64,000 bases of DNA from a virus (lineage: Duplodnaviria > Caudoviricetes). A program made the position numbers and the translations under genes. The number at the start of each line of letters is the position of its first letter. The first letter of the stretch is position 1. Shown piece by piece: positions 49,029 to 57,520 of the stretch. The notes below the pieces were generated by a model. The model saw only the letters and a list, made by a program, of their open reading frames with translations. It was not told where the DNA came from and made no database searches. The stretch lies in IMG/VR virus record IMGVR_UViG_3300030098_006079; one strand, 5' to 3'.

Positions 49029-49643
49029 ATGCCGCTAAAATTATTCGATCAATTAGTTACACAGTATTTAACAGATAATACCGTTGGGTCTGTAGGTATG
49101 GCTCCTTCCGGAGGTCAAGGTGGTGGGGATTATAATAATAGTGATACATATGCGCCAGGAGATGCTCGTAGACCAAAAGTATTAGGGGCTACAATAAAAC
49201 GTAAGGGTAAAGTAAAGAAAAAGCGGAAAAAAAAACTAAACGAAAGTAAAACTATATATGATTATTTGTTATTTCCTCCTGAAGGGGAAGAACATGAAAA
49301 TATAGTAGCTAATATCGCTAAATTACAAAATAGTCCTGATGAAGTTTATAGAGGTATTTCTTCTGCAGAATATAAAAATTTAGAGAAATACAAATTCGTA
49401 GTTTCTCGTGGAGCTGGTAATACACGTAAAGGTATAACTGGTTCATATGTATCAGATGATATACAATTAGCAGGTCGTTTCGCGTTTCATGAATATAAAC
49501 AAAAAGGGAGAGCTTACTTACTAGTGTTAGATAGAGATAAATTACCAGAACTTAATCCAGCTGATGAAGGTAATTATTGGACTGAAAAAATCCCGTTAGA
49601 CGCAGTCAAACAAGCTATTAACTTGCAAGATCTGGCTAAGTAA
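49029..49643 (+). CDS. Late protein with putative ADP-ribosyltransferase-fold C-terminal domain
   Basis: VYRG...YVSDDIQLA..F...DEGNYW matches the R-S-E pattern; low-complexity basic N-terminal part. Confidence 0.5.
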   Translation: MPLKLFDQLVTQYLTDNTVGSVGMAPSGGQGGGDYNNSDTYAPGDARRPKVLGATIKRKGKVKKKRKKKLNESKTIYDYLLFPPEGEEHENIVANIAKLQNSPDEVYRGISSAEYKNLEKYKFVVSRGAGNTRKGITGSYVSDDIQLAGRFAFHEYKQKGRAYLLVLDRDKLPELNPADEGNYWTEKIPLDAVKQAINLQDLAK

Positions 49644-49654
49644 TAAGTAAATAC

Positions 49655-50158
49655 ATGCCAAGTGCGGCAAAACAAAAAGGTAACGCCTGGGAGCGAGATG
49701 TAGCAAAAGATTTAAGTGAAACGTTTAATGAAAATTTTATTAGAGTTCCAAATTCCGGAGCCTATACTGGAGGCGCTAACGTTTTCAGAATTGATCAACT
49801 AACCGAACAACAAAAACGAATGATGGACGGAGATATTATGGTTCCTCCCTGTCTTTCTCGTTATAAAATTGAATGTAAAAATTATAAAGCATTTGATTTC
49901 CATCAATTATTCAATGAAAACAAAACTTTAGATAAATGGATAAAGCAAGCTGAGTTTGGATTACTCTGGTTTTTAGTTATTAAGGTTACTCGTAAAGGTT
50001 CTTTTATTTTGTTTCGTAAGGAAATTAGTAAACATTTCTCATATAAAAATTACTTGAGTTATAAAGACAAATATCTTATAACTGATTATAAAGAATTTTG
50101 GCAGAAAAACGCTGATGCAATTAGAAGACTTAACGAAGATTCCACAATTGAATTATAA
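49655..50158 (+). CDS. PD-(D/E)xK nuclease, Holliday junction resolvase-like
   Basis: KQKGNAWER, GDI, IECK. Confidence 0.8.
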   Translation: MPSAAKQKGNAWERDVAKDLSETFNENFIRVPNSGAYTGGANVFRIDQLTEQQKRMMDGDIMVPPCLSRYKIECKNYKAFDFHQLFNENKTLDKWIKQAEFGLLWFLVIKVTRKGSFILFRKEISKHFSYKNYLSYKDKYLITDYKEFWQKNADAIRRLNEDSTIEL

Positions 50159-50657
50159 ATTACCGGGTTCTTATTTTAATCTCGTTAATTTTACACCAGT
50201 AATAGAATATATACACAATAATTCAGTTAAAAGTATATCTGAATTTGATTCAGACGTTAAGCTTAACAACTCTCAACATAAAAAATACATATTTCACTAC
50301 TTTATATACTATACATGCGAGATACTTAAGGTACATAATAAGAAGTATAAACCAGTTATTTATTTCGATGTAGATATTAAGTTAAATAGGGACTATTCTG
50401 CGTTCTTACAAACTTTTGAGAAAAAATTCCCAGTACTTGTTATTCGAGAGAATTTTACCCTTAAACAACTTAAGAAAAAGTGTAAATGTGAAGGCTATAT
50501 TGAAGAATTACATATAATATTACTACGTAAGCTTAAAAAAATACAAAACAGTGATTTTTACTTCAACAAGTTACATTATTTTTGTAAAAAGTACGAGCTT
50601 ACGTTCTTAGATAAAACATATTTCGAAGACATAAGAAATAAACTTTCTCTACTATAA
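50115..50657 (+). CDS. Hypothetical protein
   Basis: 180 aa ORF filling the gap between coupled genes. Confidence 0.5.
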   Translation: MQLEDLTKIPQLNYKLPGSYFNLVNFTPVIEYIHNNSVKSISEFDSDVKLNNSQHKKYIFHYFIYYTCEILKVHNKKYKPVIYFDVDIKLNRDYSAFLQTFEKKFPVLVIRENFTLKQLKKKCKCEGYIEELHIILLRKLKKIQNSDFYFNKLHYFCKKYELTFLDKTYFEDIRNKLSLL

Positions 50658-50666
50658 ATAATTATA

Positions 50667-51794
50667 ATGAGTAGGTTCACTTCCAGAATAGATGAAATGA
50701 TAGGCAAAAAGCCTAAAGATAATAATCAGGCTGATATTGACCGTATTGAGAAGGAAGTAGATGACGGCTTAACTAACGATCCTGTTAAAAAACGGATTGC
50801 TCAAAAAGCAAAGCAAAAAAGACAAGACCTTTTAAAATCTTTAGATGAAGCCGAAGGAGATGAATTTGTCCCACGTCAAGGACCTGAAACAGGTGGTGAA
50901 TTCAAACCAAAATCTAAAGATGATTTAGCCCAAGAACCGGCTGAAGAGCCAACACCCGATCCAATGACTACGGAAGGTGAAACATTTTACGTTAATCTTG
51001 CTCGTAAAGCACTATTCGTAGATTTAGACAATGTGAGCCTTACTGATACAGAGAGAGAAACAGTTACACGTGACGTTGAACCTAATAACGCAAAGGAAGT
51101 CGCTAAAATTCTTCGTAAAATTGTTGTTGATTATGGTTTAAGTGAAAATTTTGATTCTAAAATTAATAATGTATGGGAAGACTTGGAGTTAAAAGATTTA
51201 CGTAGTAAACTTTCTTTAGAGTTAAAAAAAAACGATAAAGTAGTTGTATTAGTACCGGGTAGTTTTAAACCTCCTCATAAAGGCCATTACGAAATGGTAA
51301 AAACATATAGTCAGATGTATCCATCTGGTCATGTACATGTTTTAATTTCAGCTCCTTCAGCTAAAAGTGAACGAAGAACTAAAGATGGTAAATTAATAAC
51401 TCCCGCTGCTGCAAAGCAAATATTTGAGCTTTATGTTCAGCCGTTAAATAATGTTACAGTTAGTATTTCAGAATATCCATCACCAGTTACTGCTGCGTAT
51501 GAGACACTTAAAACTCTCGATGATGGTACAACTGCTGTATTAGGAGCTAGTAGAAAAGATGGAGATTGGAAAAGATGGTCATACGCACAACCGTGGGCTG
51601 AAAAAGAAGGTTTAGATATTGAGATTGTTGAACCAGAAGAGTCTGCAGTAGACGTAACTCTAAAAGCAGATGGTACACCTTACAGTGCGAGTAATATTCG
51701 AGATAATTTTGACGATTTCGAAAAAATAAAGGCTGACATACCGGAGCATGTCAGCCCTGAGGCTGTTAAACAAGTATTTGATTCTTTATCTTAA
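50667..51794 (+). CDS. HIGH-family nucleotidyltransferase with acidic N-terminal extension
   Basis: PGSFKPPHKGH, YSASNIR; residues about 1-180 charged/unrelated. Confidence 0.75.
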   Translation: MSRFTSRIDEMIGKKPKDNNQADIDRIEKEVDDGLTNDPVKKRIAQKAKQKRQDLLKSLDEAEGDEFVPRQGPETGGEFKPKSKDDLAQEPAEEPTPDPMTTEGETFYVNLARKALFVDLDNVSLTDTERETVTRDVEPNNAKEVAKILRKIVVDYGLSENFDSKINNVWEDLELKDLRSKLSLELKKNDKVVVLVPGSFKPPHKGHYEMVKTYSQMYPSGHVHVLISAPSAKSERRTKDGKLITPAAAKQIFELYVQPLNNVTVSISEYPSPVTAAYETLKTLDDGTTAVLGASRKDGDWKRWSYAQPWAEKEGLDIEIVEPEESAVDVTLKADGTPYSASNIRDNFDDFEKIKADIPEHVSPEAVKQVFDSLS

Positions 51795-52421
51795 GTCTCT
51801 TATAAAGTCGTAAAACTCTTGTCTTGTTAAATCTGTTTTATCTAAAAACGCACCAGACATTCTTGCCGTCTTCATAATACTATCATGCTTTACTCCTCGA
51901 AGACCAGCACAAGTATGATTAGCTGATACTAAAACAGCAACACCTTTATTATCTTTACATACTTCATTCATATAGTTATGAATTTGCATAGTTAGATTTT
52001 CCTGGACTTGAGGTCTTCTAGAAAACCATTCAACAATTCGGTTAATTTTACTTAAACCAATCACCTTACCATCTTTACCAGGAATATATGACACATGAGC
52101 TTGACCAATAAAAGGTAAATGATGATGGGAACAAAAAGAATTAACTTTAATGTTACCTTGAAATACTAACCCGTCATATTTATCAACATTATCAAATGCT
52201 GTGATCTTAGGGGGTAAGCTATAACAACCCTCTGCTAAATCATTCACAAAAGCTTTTGCTACTCTTCGAGGAGTATCAGCACTATTAGGATCATTTCGCC
52301 AATCAAACCCTAAAGCATCCATATACTTCTCATACGCAGCTGCAGCTTTTTCAATTATCGCCTCTTTTTCATCTTCTGTTCGGGGTAAGTTACCGTTTGC
52401 ATATTGCAGTAATTCACTCAT
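51786..52421 (-). CDS. folE: GTP cyclohydrolase I
   Basis: TPRRVAK, CSHHHLPF, GLSKINR, RRPQVQE, HTCAGLRG. Confidence 0.96.
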   Translation of the reverse strand: MSELLQYANGNLPRTEDEKEAIIEKAAAAYEKYMDALGFDWRNDPNSADTPRRVAKAFVNDLAEGCYSLPPKITAFDNVDKYDGLVFQGNIKVNSFCSHHHLPFIGQAHVSYIPGKDGKVIGLSKINRIVEWFSRRPQVQENLTMQIHNYMNEVCKDNKGVAVLVSANHTCAGLRGVKHDSIMKTARMSGAFLDKTDLTRQEFYDFIRDLR

Positions 52422-52492
52422 GCGACTATTATATGAAATATTTTCTTAAGTTCAACACTTGATTTCGGTCTAGAAATCGTTATAATAGTCGT
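52422..52492. promoter_or_regulatory. Divergent promoters of folE and queD, each TTGA-xx-N16-TATAAT-AGTCGY-ATG
   Basis: Minus: TTGAAC 52450-55, TATAAT 52428-33, AGTCGC. Plus: TTGATT 52459-64, TATAAT 52481-86, AGTCGT. Confidence 0.75.
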
Positions 52493-52984
52493 ATGTTTAG
52501 TAGTACTAAGATAATTGAACTTGGGAGTTGTGCATTTCGGCAACCTCAAGCAACATCGCATTGTCGGTTCGTGCACGGATATCGTTTGATTGGTAAGTTT
52601 TGGTTTGGTGCTAATGAATTAGATGAAAATAATTGGGTTGTGGATTTTGGAGGTCTTAAGGACCTTAAGAAGAAATTAGAAGATCATTTTGATCATACAA
52701 CTGTTATTGCTGATAATGATCCTGCTTTAGATTCTTTTCGAAAACTTCATGAGGAGGGTATTGTAGATTTACGTATCATGCAAGGAGGAGTCGGTATTGA
52801 GAAGTTTGCTGAGTTTTGCTTTAAAACTGCTGATAAGTATGTAAAGGAATTGACAAATAGGCGTTGTTTTGCGAGTCGTGTAGAGGTATTCGAGCATGAG
52901 AAAAACTCTGCTATTTATGAGGATAAATATAATATAATGTCTTGGGCTAACGAGCAAAACGCAAAAATAAATAGAGGACACTAA
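52493..52984 (+). CDS. queD: 6-carboxytetrahydropterin synthase
   Basis: AFRQ...HCRFVHGY, VVDFGGLK, FDH, EHEKNSA. Confidence 0.9.
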   Translation: MFSSTKIIELGSCAFRQPQATSHCRFVHGYRLIGKFWFGANELDENNWVVDFGGLKDLKKKLEDHFDHTTVIADNDPALDSFRKLHEEGIVDLRIMQGGVGIEKFAEFCFKTADKYVKELTNRRCFASRVEVFEHEKNSAIYEDKYNIMSWANEQNAKINRGH

Positions 52985-52985
52985 T

Positions 52986-53120
52986 ATGGGTAAAGGTAGT
53001 AAACGCCGAAAGGAAGATACTAGCAAAATCACGGACAACTGGGATAATATTGATTGGGGTAAACCTAAGAAAAAAGAGGTTAAACCAGAGACTAGAGATA
53101 TTAAAGATATATTTAAATGA
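52986..53120 (+). CDS. 44-aa basic peptide MGKGSKRRKEDTSKITDNWDNIDWGKPK...
   Basis: Below track cutoff. Fills the queD-queE gap exactly; ATGA overlap with queE. Confidence 0.65.
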   Translation: MGKGSKRRKEDTSKITDNWDNIDWGKPKKKEVKPETRDIKDIFK

Positions 53121-53884
53121 CAGATATAGATAACTACAAACAAGATCTTAGTGAGCAAAGAATATTTTTATCTGACGATAAAGTGTTCTATACAGTAGAG
53201 GGAGAAGGTGAATATGTAGGGTGGCCCTCTGTTTTTATGAGATTGTCAATGTGTAATCTTACATGTCAGGGGTTCGCCTCAGAAGATTCTCCTCATGGGT
53301 GTGATAGTTATGTATCATGGAGTATAAAAAATAAACTTACGTTTGAGGAATTAAAAACTCTTTTAGAAGAAGATGGTTATAAAGACAATATGGACAATGG
53401 CGCTATATGGAAAATTACTGGAGGAGAACCGTTAGTCCAACAATCAAGATTACTTAAGTTTGTATCATATGTAGATATAGAATGGGGGTATGTACCTAGA
53501 ATAGACTTTGAAACTAATGCTACTATTCAACCTAATGAAGAATGGTTAAGGCATGGCGCTACATTTACTACTTCTCCTAAGCTTAGTAATAATGGAGATC
53601 CGGTAGAGCGAAGATATAAACCTGAGGTGCTTAAATGGCATGTCAGTAATGGGTCTGGTTTTAAGTTTGTTATTAGTAAGAAAGAAGATTTAGATGAGGT
53701 ATTAGAAAAGTATGTTAATGAATTTAATATACCTAGAGATAGAGTATGGTTAATGCCTTGTGCTGGTAGCAGAGCAGAACATATTGAAATCGCCGAAGAA
53801 ATAGCAGAGTTTGCAAAGCAACAATACTTTAAATTTAGTCCTCGTCTACATTTACTAGTATGGGACATGGCATTAAAGGTATGA
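53117..53884 (+). CDS. queE: 7-carboxy-7-deazaguanine synthase (radical SAM)
   Basis: FYTVEGEG, CNLTC..CDS, ITGGEP, ETN, SPKL, FKFV, SPRLH. Confidence 0.93.
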   Translation: MTDIDNYKQDLSEQRIFLSDDKVFYTVEGEGEYVGWPSVFMRLSMCNLTCQGFASEDSPHGCDSYVSWSIKNKLTFEELKTLLEEDGYKDNMDNGAIWKITGGEPLVQQSRLLKFVSYVDIEWGYVPRIDFETNATIQPNEEWLRHGATFTTSPKLSNNGDPVERRYKPEVLKWHVSNGSGFKFVISKKEDLDEVLEKYVNEFNIPRDRVWLMPCAGSRAEHIEIAEEIAEFAKQQYFKFSPRLHLLVWDMALKV

Positions 53885-54300
53885 AGATAGTAGCTACCAA
53901 CGGTTGCTTCGATATTATACATGCTGGTCACGTTCAGTTTTTAAATGAAGCGAAACAACTAGGTGATAAATTAATTGTAGGTTTGAACTCTGATAAGAGC
54001 GTTAAAAAGCTTAAAGGAGATAGTAGACCTTATAATACCGAACAAAATCGAGCAGAGGTTCTTCTCGCATTAGAGAGTGTTGATCAAGTTATTATATTTG
54101 ATAGTATAGATTGTCGTGGTTTCTTAAAAGGAGTGCGACCCGATATATATGTAAAGGGTGGAGATTATACAATTGACACTTTACCAGAGTGTGAAAAGGA
54201 AACTATATTTAGTGTTTGTAAAGAGATAAAAATCCTCAAAAAATATGATAGCTTATCTACCTCTCAGATTATTGAAAAATTACAATTAACGGATAAATAG
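53881..54300 (+). CDS. HldE/RfaE domain II-like nucleotidyltransferase (heptose-1-P adenylyltransferase family)
   Basis: TNGCFDIIHAGH, GLNSD.SV..LKG..RP, KGGDY, ST; start re-called at MKIVAT (ATG 53881). Confidence 0.85.
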   Translation: MKIVATNGCFDIIHAGHVQFLNEAKQLGDKLIVGLNSDKSVKKLKGDSRPYNTEQNRAEVLLALESVDQVIIFDSIDCRGFLKGVRPDIYVKGGDYTIDTLPECEKETIFSVCKEIKILKKYDSLSTSQIIEKLQLTDK

Positions 54301-54304
54301 AAAT

Positions 54305-55045
54305 ATGAGGATTGCAATCAGCGGTACTGCTTGTCAAGGTAAGACTACTTTAATTAAAGATTTCCTTGAACAATGGCCAGATTATAATACTCCCGAAAAG
54401 ACATATCGGGATATAATTAAAGAAAATAATTTAGATCACTCATCAAACACTAATAAAAAAACTCAATGGGATATCCTTAACTTTCAAATCGAGGAACTCA
54501 ATAAGTACAGACGAGATGATAAAGTAATTTTCGATAGATGTCCATTGGACAATCTTGTGTATAGTATTTGGGCTGCTGAGCAAGAAAATAATGACATTGA
54601 TGAATCGTTTATTACTGAGTGTATACCACTTGTAAGAGAAAGTTTTCGAAATTTAGATATTATATTTTTTACTCCTGTTACTAAGGTAGCTCCTGTTCCA
54701 GTTGAAGAAGATGGAATGCGTGATACAAAAATAATTGGTGAGATAGATAATTTATTTAAAGCAATTCATAGGGATCATGAACAAAACCCAAAAACTACAT
54801 TTTTTGTTTCCGACGACAAACCTGCTATTATTGAAGTTTTTGGTAGTCGTAGAGAGCGAATCGAGATTATTAAATTATATCTTGATGGTGAGGGAGATTA
54901 TGTAGAACCGGGTAATATTATTGATGAAGAAACTCTCGAAGAGTTTGAAAAGCTTAAAGAAGTATGGAAAGATGCCGATCCAGAAGAACATTCTTATGTA
55001 AAAAAAGAACTAGAGCGACAAAATCAGCGCAAGTTTAATAAATAA
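54305..55045 (+). CDS. P-loop nucleoside/nucleotide kinase (AAA_28/NadR-type)
   Basis: ISGTACQGKTT, FDRCPLD. Confidence 0.7.
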   Translation: MRIAISGTACQGKTTLIKDFLEQWPDYNTPEKTYRDIIKENNLDHSSNTNKKTQWDILNFQIEELNKYRRDDKVIFDRCPLDNLVYSIWAAEQENNDIDESFITECIPLVRESFRNLDIIFFTPVTKVAPVPVEEDGMRDTKIIGEIDNLFKAIHRDHEQNPKTTFFVSDDKPAIIEVFGSRRERIEIIKLYLDGEGDYVEPGNIIDEETLEEFEKLKEVWKDADPEEHSYVKKELERQNQRKFNK

Positions 55046-55049
55046 TTAC

Positions 55050-55241
55050 ATGAAAGAATATGATAAAGTTTGCGAAAAATATATGATTCGCAAAGTAAGA
55101 TCATTTTACCCGCGTAAGTTAGATTTATCTCCTGAGTTTATTGAAGCATTTAAAGCTGAGTACTCTAGATTAGTAGAGAGTGGTCAGAACAAGCGTACCT
55201 TATTTGAAAGAATGCGTAAAGCATTAACGTTTCATCTTTAA
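55050..55241 (+). CDS. Small late hypothetical protein
   Basis: TAAATAATT at 55039; MKEYDKVCE leader. Confidence 0.55.
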   Translation: MKEYDKVCEKYMIRKVRSFYPRKLDLSPEFIEAFKAEYSRLVESGQNKRTLFERMRKALTFHL

Positions 55242-56012
55242 TTTCTCTAGTACCTTTACGATATATTTTAGTATTTCTGATCTAACTATCTCAAGTTCAG
55301 TAAACTTAAATCCAAACAGCCCGTGATCTGTTGATTCTGCAGTATTAAACGCATTGAATATTGCCTTAAAGCCTGACTTATTACCAATATCACTTTGCTG
55401 TGTATCCCCTACGACTATATATTTAGAATTTTCACCGAACCTTGTTAAGATAGTTGTGAGTTCTTCTCTAGTTAAATTCTGAGATTCATCAATTACAACA
55501 CATGCATTTTTAAACGTTAAGCCTCTTGTATAATTAACAGGTACACACTTTACATAACCTTCAGACATTAAATTGTTAATAGTTGGTTTGTCTAATAGTT
55601 CATTAAGCTTTTCTAAAAGAGGCAGACTCCATGGAAGAAACTTCTCCTCTACCTCTCCTGGTAAGGAACCCATACTCTTAGAAGCGGATTCTACAACACT
55701 ACGTATATAAACTATTTCTTCTATTTTTTGAGTACGCAACAATTGTAAAGCAACAAAAACCGCAAGGTATGTTTTTGCGGAACCAGCTGGACCGTCAATC
55801 ATGCACATTTTACATGCATCTTTAAAACATACATCTAAAAAATTATCATGTGTTTCTGTGAGTGTGTATTTTTGCGTTATATTAAAACTTAAAAATGTAT
55901 TTTTTTCTATACTCTCTGTAATCTCATTATCATTGATTTTAGTTTTTTTAGATATCTTTCTTGACGTAACTTGCGTTTTCGACATAGGCGTAGCCTTTCC
56001 TTTTCTTGCCAT
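55224..56012 (-). CDS. phoH: PhoH-family ATPase
   Basis: GPAGSAKT, LPGEVEEK, RGLTF, IDESQN, GDTQQSD, IVRS. Confidence 0.93.
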   Translation of the reverse strand: MARKGKATPMSKTQVTSRKISKKTKINDNEITESIEKNTFLSFNITQKYTLTETHDNFLDVCFKDACKMCMIDGPAGSAKTYLAVFVALQLLRTQKIEEIVYIRSVVESASKSMGSLPGEVEEKFLPWSLPLLEKLNELLDKPTINNLMSEGYVKCVPVNYTRGLTFKNACVVIDESQNLTREELTTILTRFGENSKYIVVGDTQQSDIGNKSGFKAIFNAFNTAESTDHGLFGFKFTELEIVRSEILKYIVKVLEKLKMKR

Positions 56013-56060
56013 ATCAAATATTTATTTGATATATATGATTAGTAAAGTAAATTATTCTAC

Positions 56061-56855
56061 GTGAATAAGGTTAAAATTGTATCTGGTTGGTCAAATAGAG
56101 GTGGTTCGACCACTGCATTTATTAATTTAACTAACGCATTAAATAAAAGCAACATTGATTGTACATTCTACGGACCGCATACGTGGCATTTAGAAAAATG
56201 TAAATCTGGTTTATTAAAAAATTGCGCAGTTAGTAGTTGTGATAATTTAATTGTTCATTTTCTATCACCACCGAGCAGACCTGCCGCGGCTCGGGTTATT
56301 TTAGCTTGTCATGAAAAAAATCTATTTGAAGTTTCCAAAATAAAACCATTTTGGGATGAAGTTGTCTTTATTAACAAAAAACAACAACAATACCATAGTA
56401 AGTATACAGGTAAATACAATATTATACCTAACTTAACAGAAGAACTTAAAGCTAACCCAAAACCTAATGATAATATAGTTGGTATTATTGGTTCGATTGA
56501 TGAAAATAAGCAAACACATGTTTCTATTGAAAGAGCTATAAAAGATAATAGCTCAAAAGTATATTTGTTCGGTACTATTAATGATCCTAACTATTATAAT
56601 AATTATGTCAAGCCATTATTATCAGATAAAGTAATACATTATGGTTATTTGGAAAATAAACAACAAATGTATGATATGATTGATAAAGTCTATCTTTCTT
56701 CCCTGAGTGAGTGTGCTTCTTTAGTAAAAGATGAATGTAGAACTACTAATACAGCGTTTTGCGGTAATTCTGCAGTAGAAAACGATTCAGAGACGTTAAC
56801 TAATGATATTATTCTTGAGCGGTGGAAAAAAATATTAAATTATAACTGTCAATGA
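56061..56855 (+). CDS. Glycosyltransferase (GT-B-like)
   Basis: GGST, GIIGSI..NKQTH, SECASLV; GTG start. Confidence 0.65.
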   Translation: MNKVKIVSGWSNRGGSTTAFINLTNALNKSNIDCTFYGPHTWHLEKCKSGLLKNCAVSSCDNLIVHFLSPPSRPAAARVILACHEKNLFEVSKIKPFWDEVVFINKKQQQYHSKYTGKYNIIPNLTEELKANPKPNDNIVGIIGSIDENKQTHVSIERAIKDNSSKVYLFGTINDPNYYNNYVKPLLSDKVIHYGYLENKQQMYDMIDKVYLSSLSECASLVKDECRTTNTAFCGNSAVENDSETLTNDIILERWKKILNYNCQ

Positions 56856-57520
56856 TTATAGGTAACGGTTTAATCGCAAAATCTTTCGAGAATTACAATT
56901 TAGATTGTATTCTTTTTGCTTCCGGTGTATCTTCCTCAAAGGAAAGAAATAGAGATAATTTTCTTAGAGAAGTTAATTTATTGAAAGAGACAATCAGTAA
57001 TTATCCAGATAAAAAAATTGTTTACTTTAGTACGATTATGAGTACTGTTGACAGTAGTTATTATTGTACTCATAAGTTTTTTCAAGAAAAATATGTTAGT
57101 AAACACGCAAAAAACTACATTATTTTTAGATTACCCCAAGTTATTGGACCAGGTGGTAATACAAACAATATTTTTAACTATATAAAAAATAAAGCATATA
57201 ATAATGAACCTATAGATGTATTTCATAGTATAAAAAGGTCGTTAATTGATGTTATCGACGTCGCGAAAATTGTTAACTATTGTGTTAATAAACAAAATCG
57301 TCAAACTATTAACATAGTAGGTATAGAGGAAAAGTATGTTTCAAATATTGCTCATCTAATAACTAAAAAAATTAACTCTACATCTCATATTAATGTTATA
57401 AAAAGACATGTTTGTAAAAATCACAAATACAAAAACTGTGAAATAGTTGATTTAGCGATAAAAGATACTACAATTGATACTAACAACTACACGGAGAGAA
57501 TTATTAGTAAGTATATATGA
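56852..57520 (+). CDS. NAD-dependent epimerase/dehydratase (SDR)
   Basis: IIGNGLIA, FASGVS, YCTHK, IFRLPQVIG. Confidence 0.75.
   Translation: MIIGNGLIAKSFENYNLDCILFASGVSSSKERNRDNFLREVNLLKETISNYPDKKIVYFSTIMSTVDSSYYCTHKFFQEKYVSKHAKNYIIFRLPQVIGPGGNTNNIFNYIKNKAYNNEPIDVFHSIKRSLIDVIDVAKIVNYCVNKQNRQTINIVGIEEKYVSNIAHLITKKINSTSHINVIKRHVCKNHKYKNCEIVDLAIKDTTIDTNNYTERIISKYI

Noticed and set aside
55224-56012. phoH, dUTPase and resolvase as novelties
   Set aside because: Routine genes in T4-like aquatic phages.
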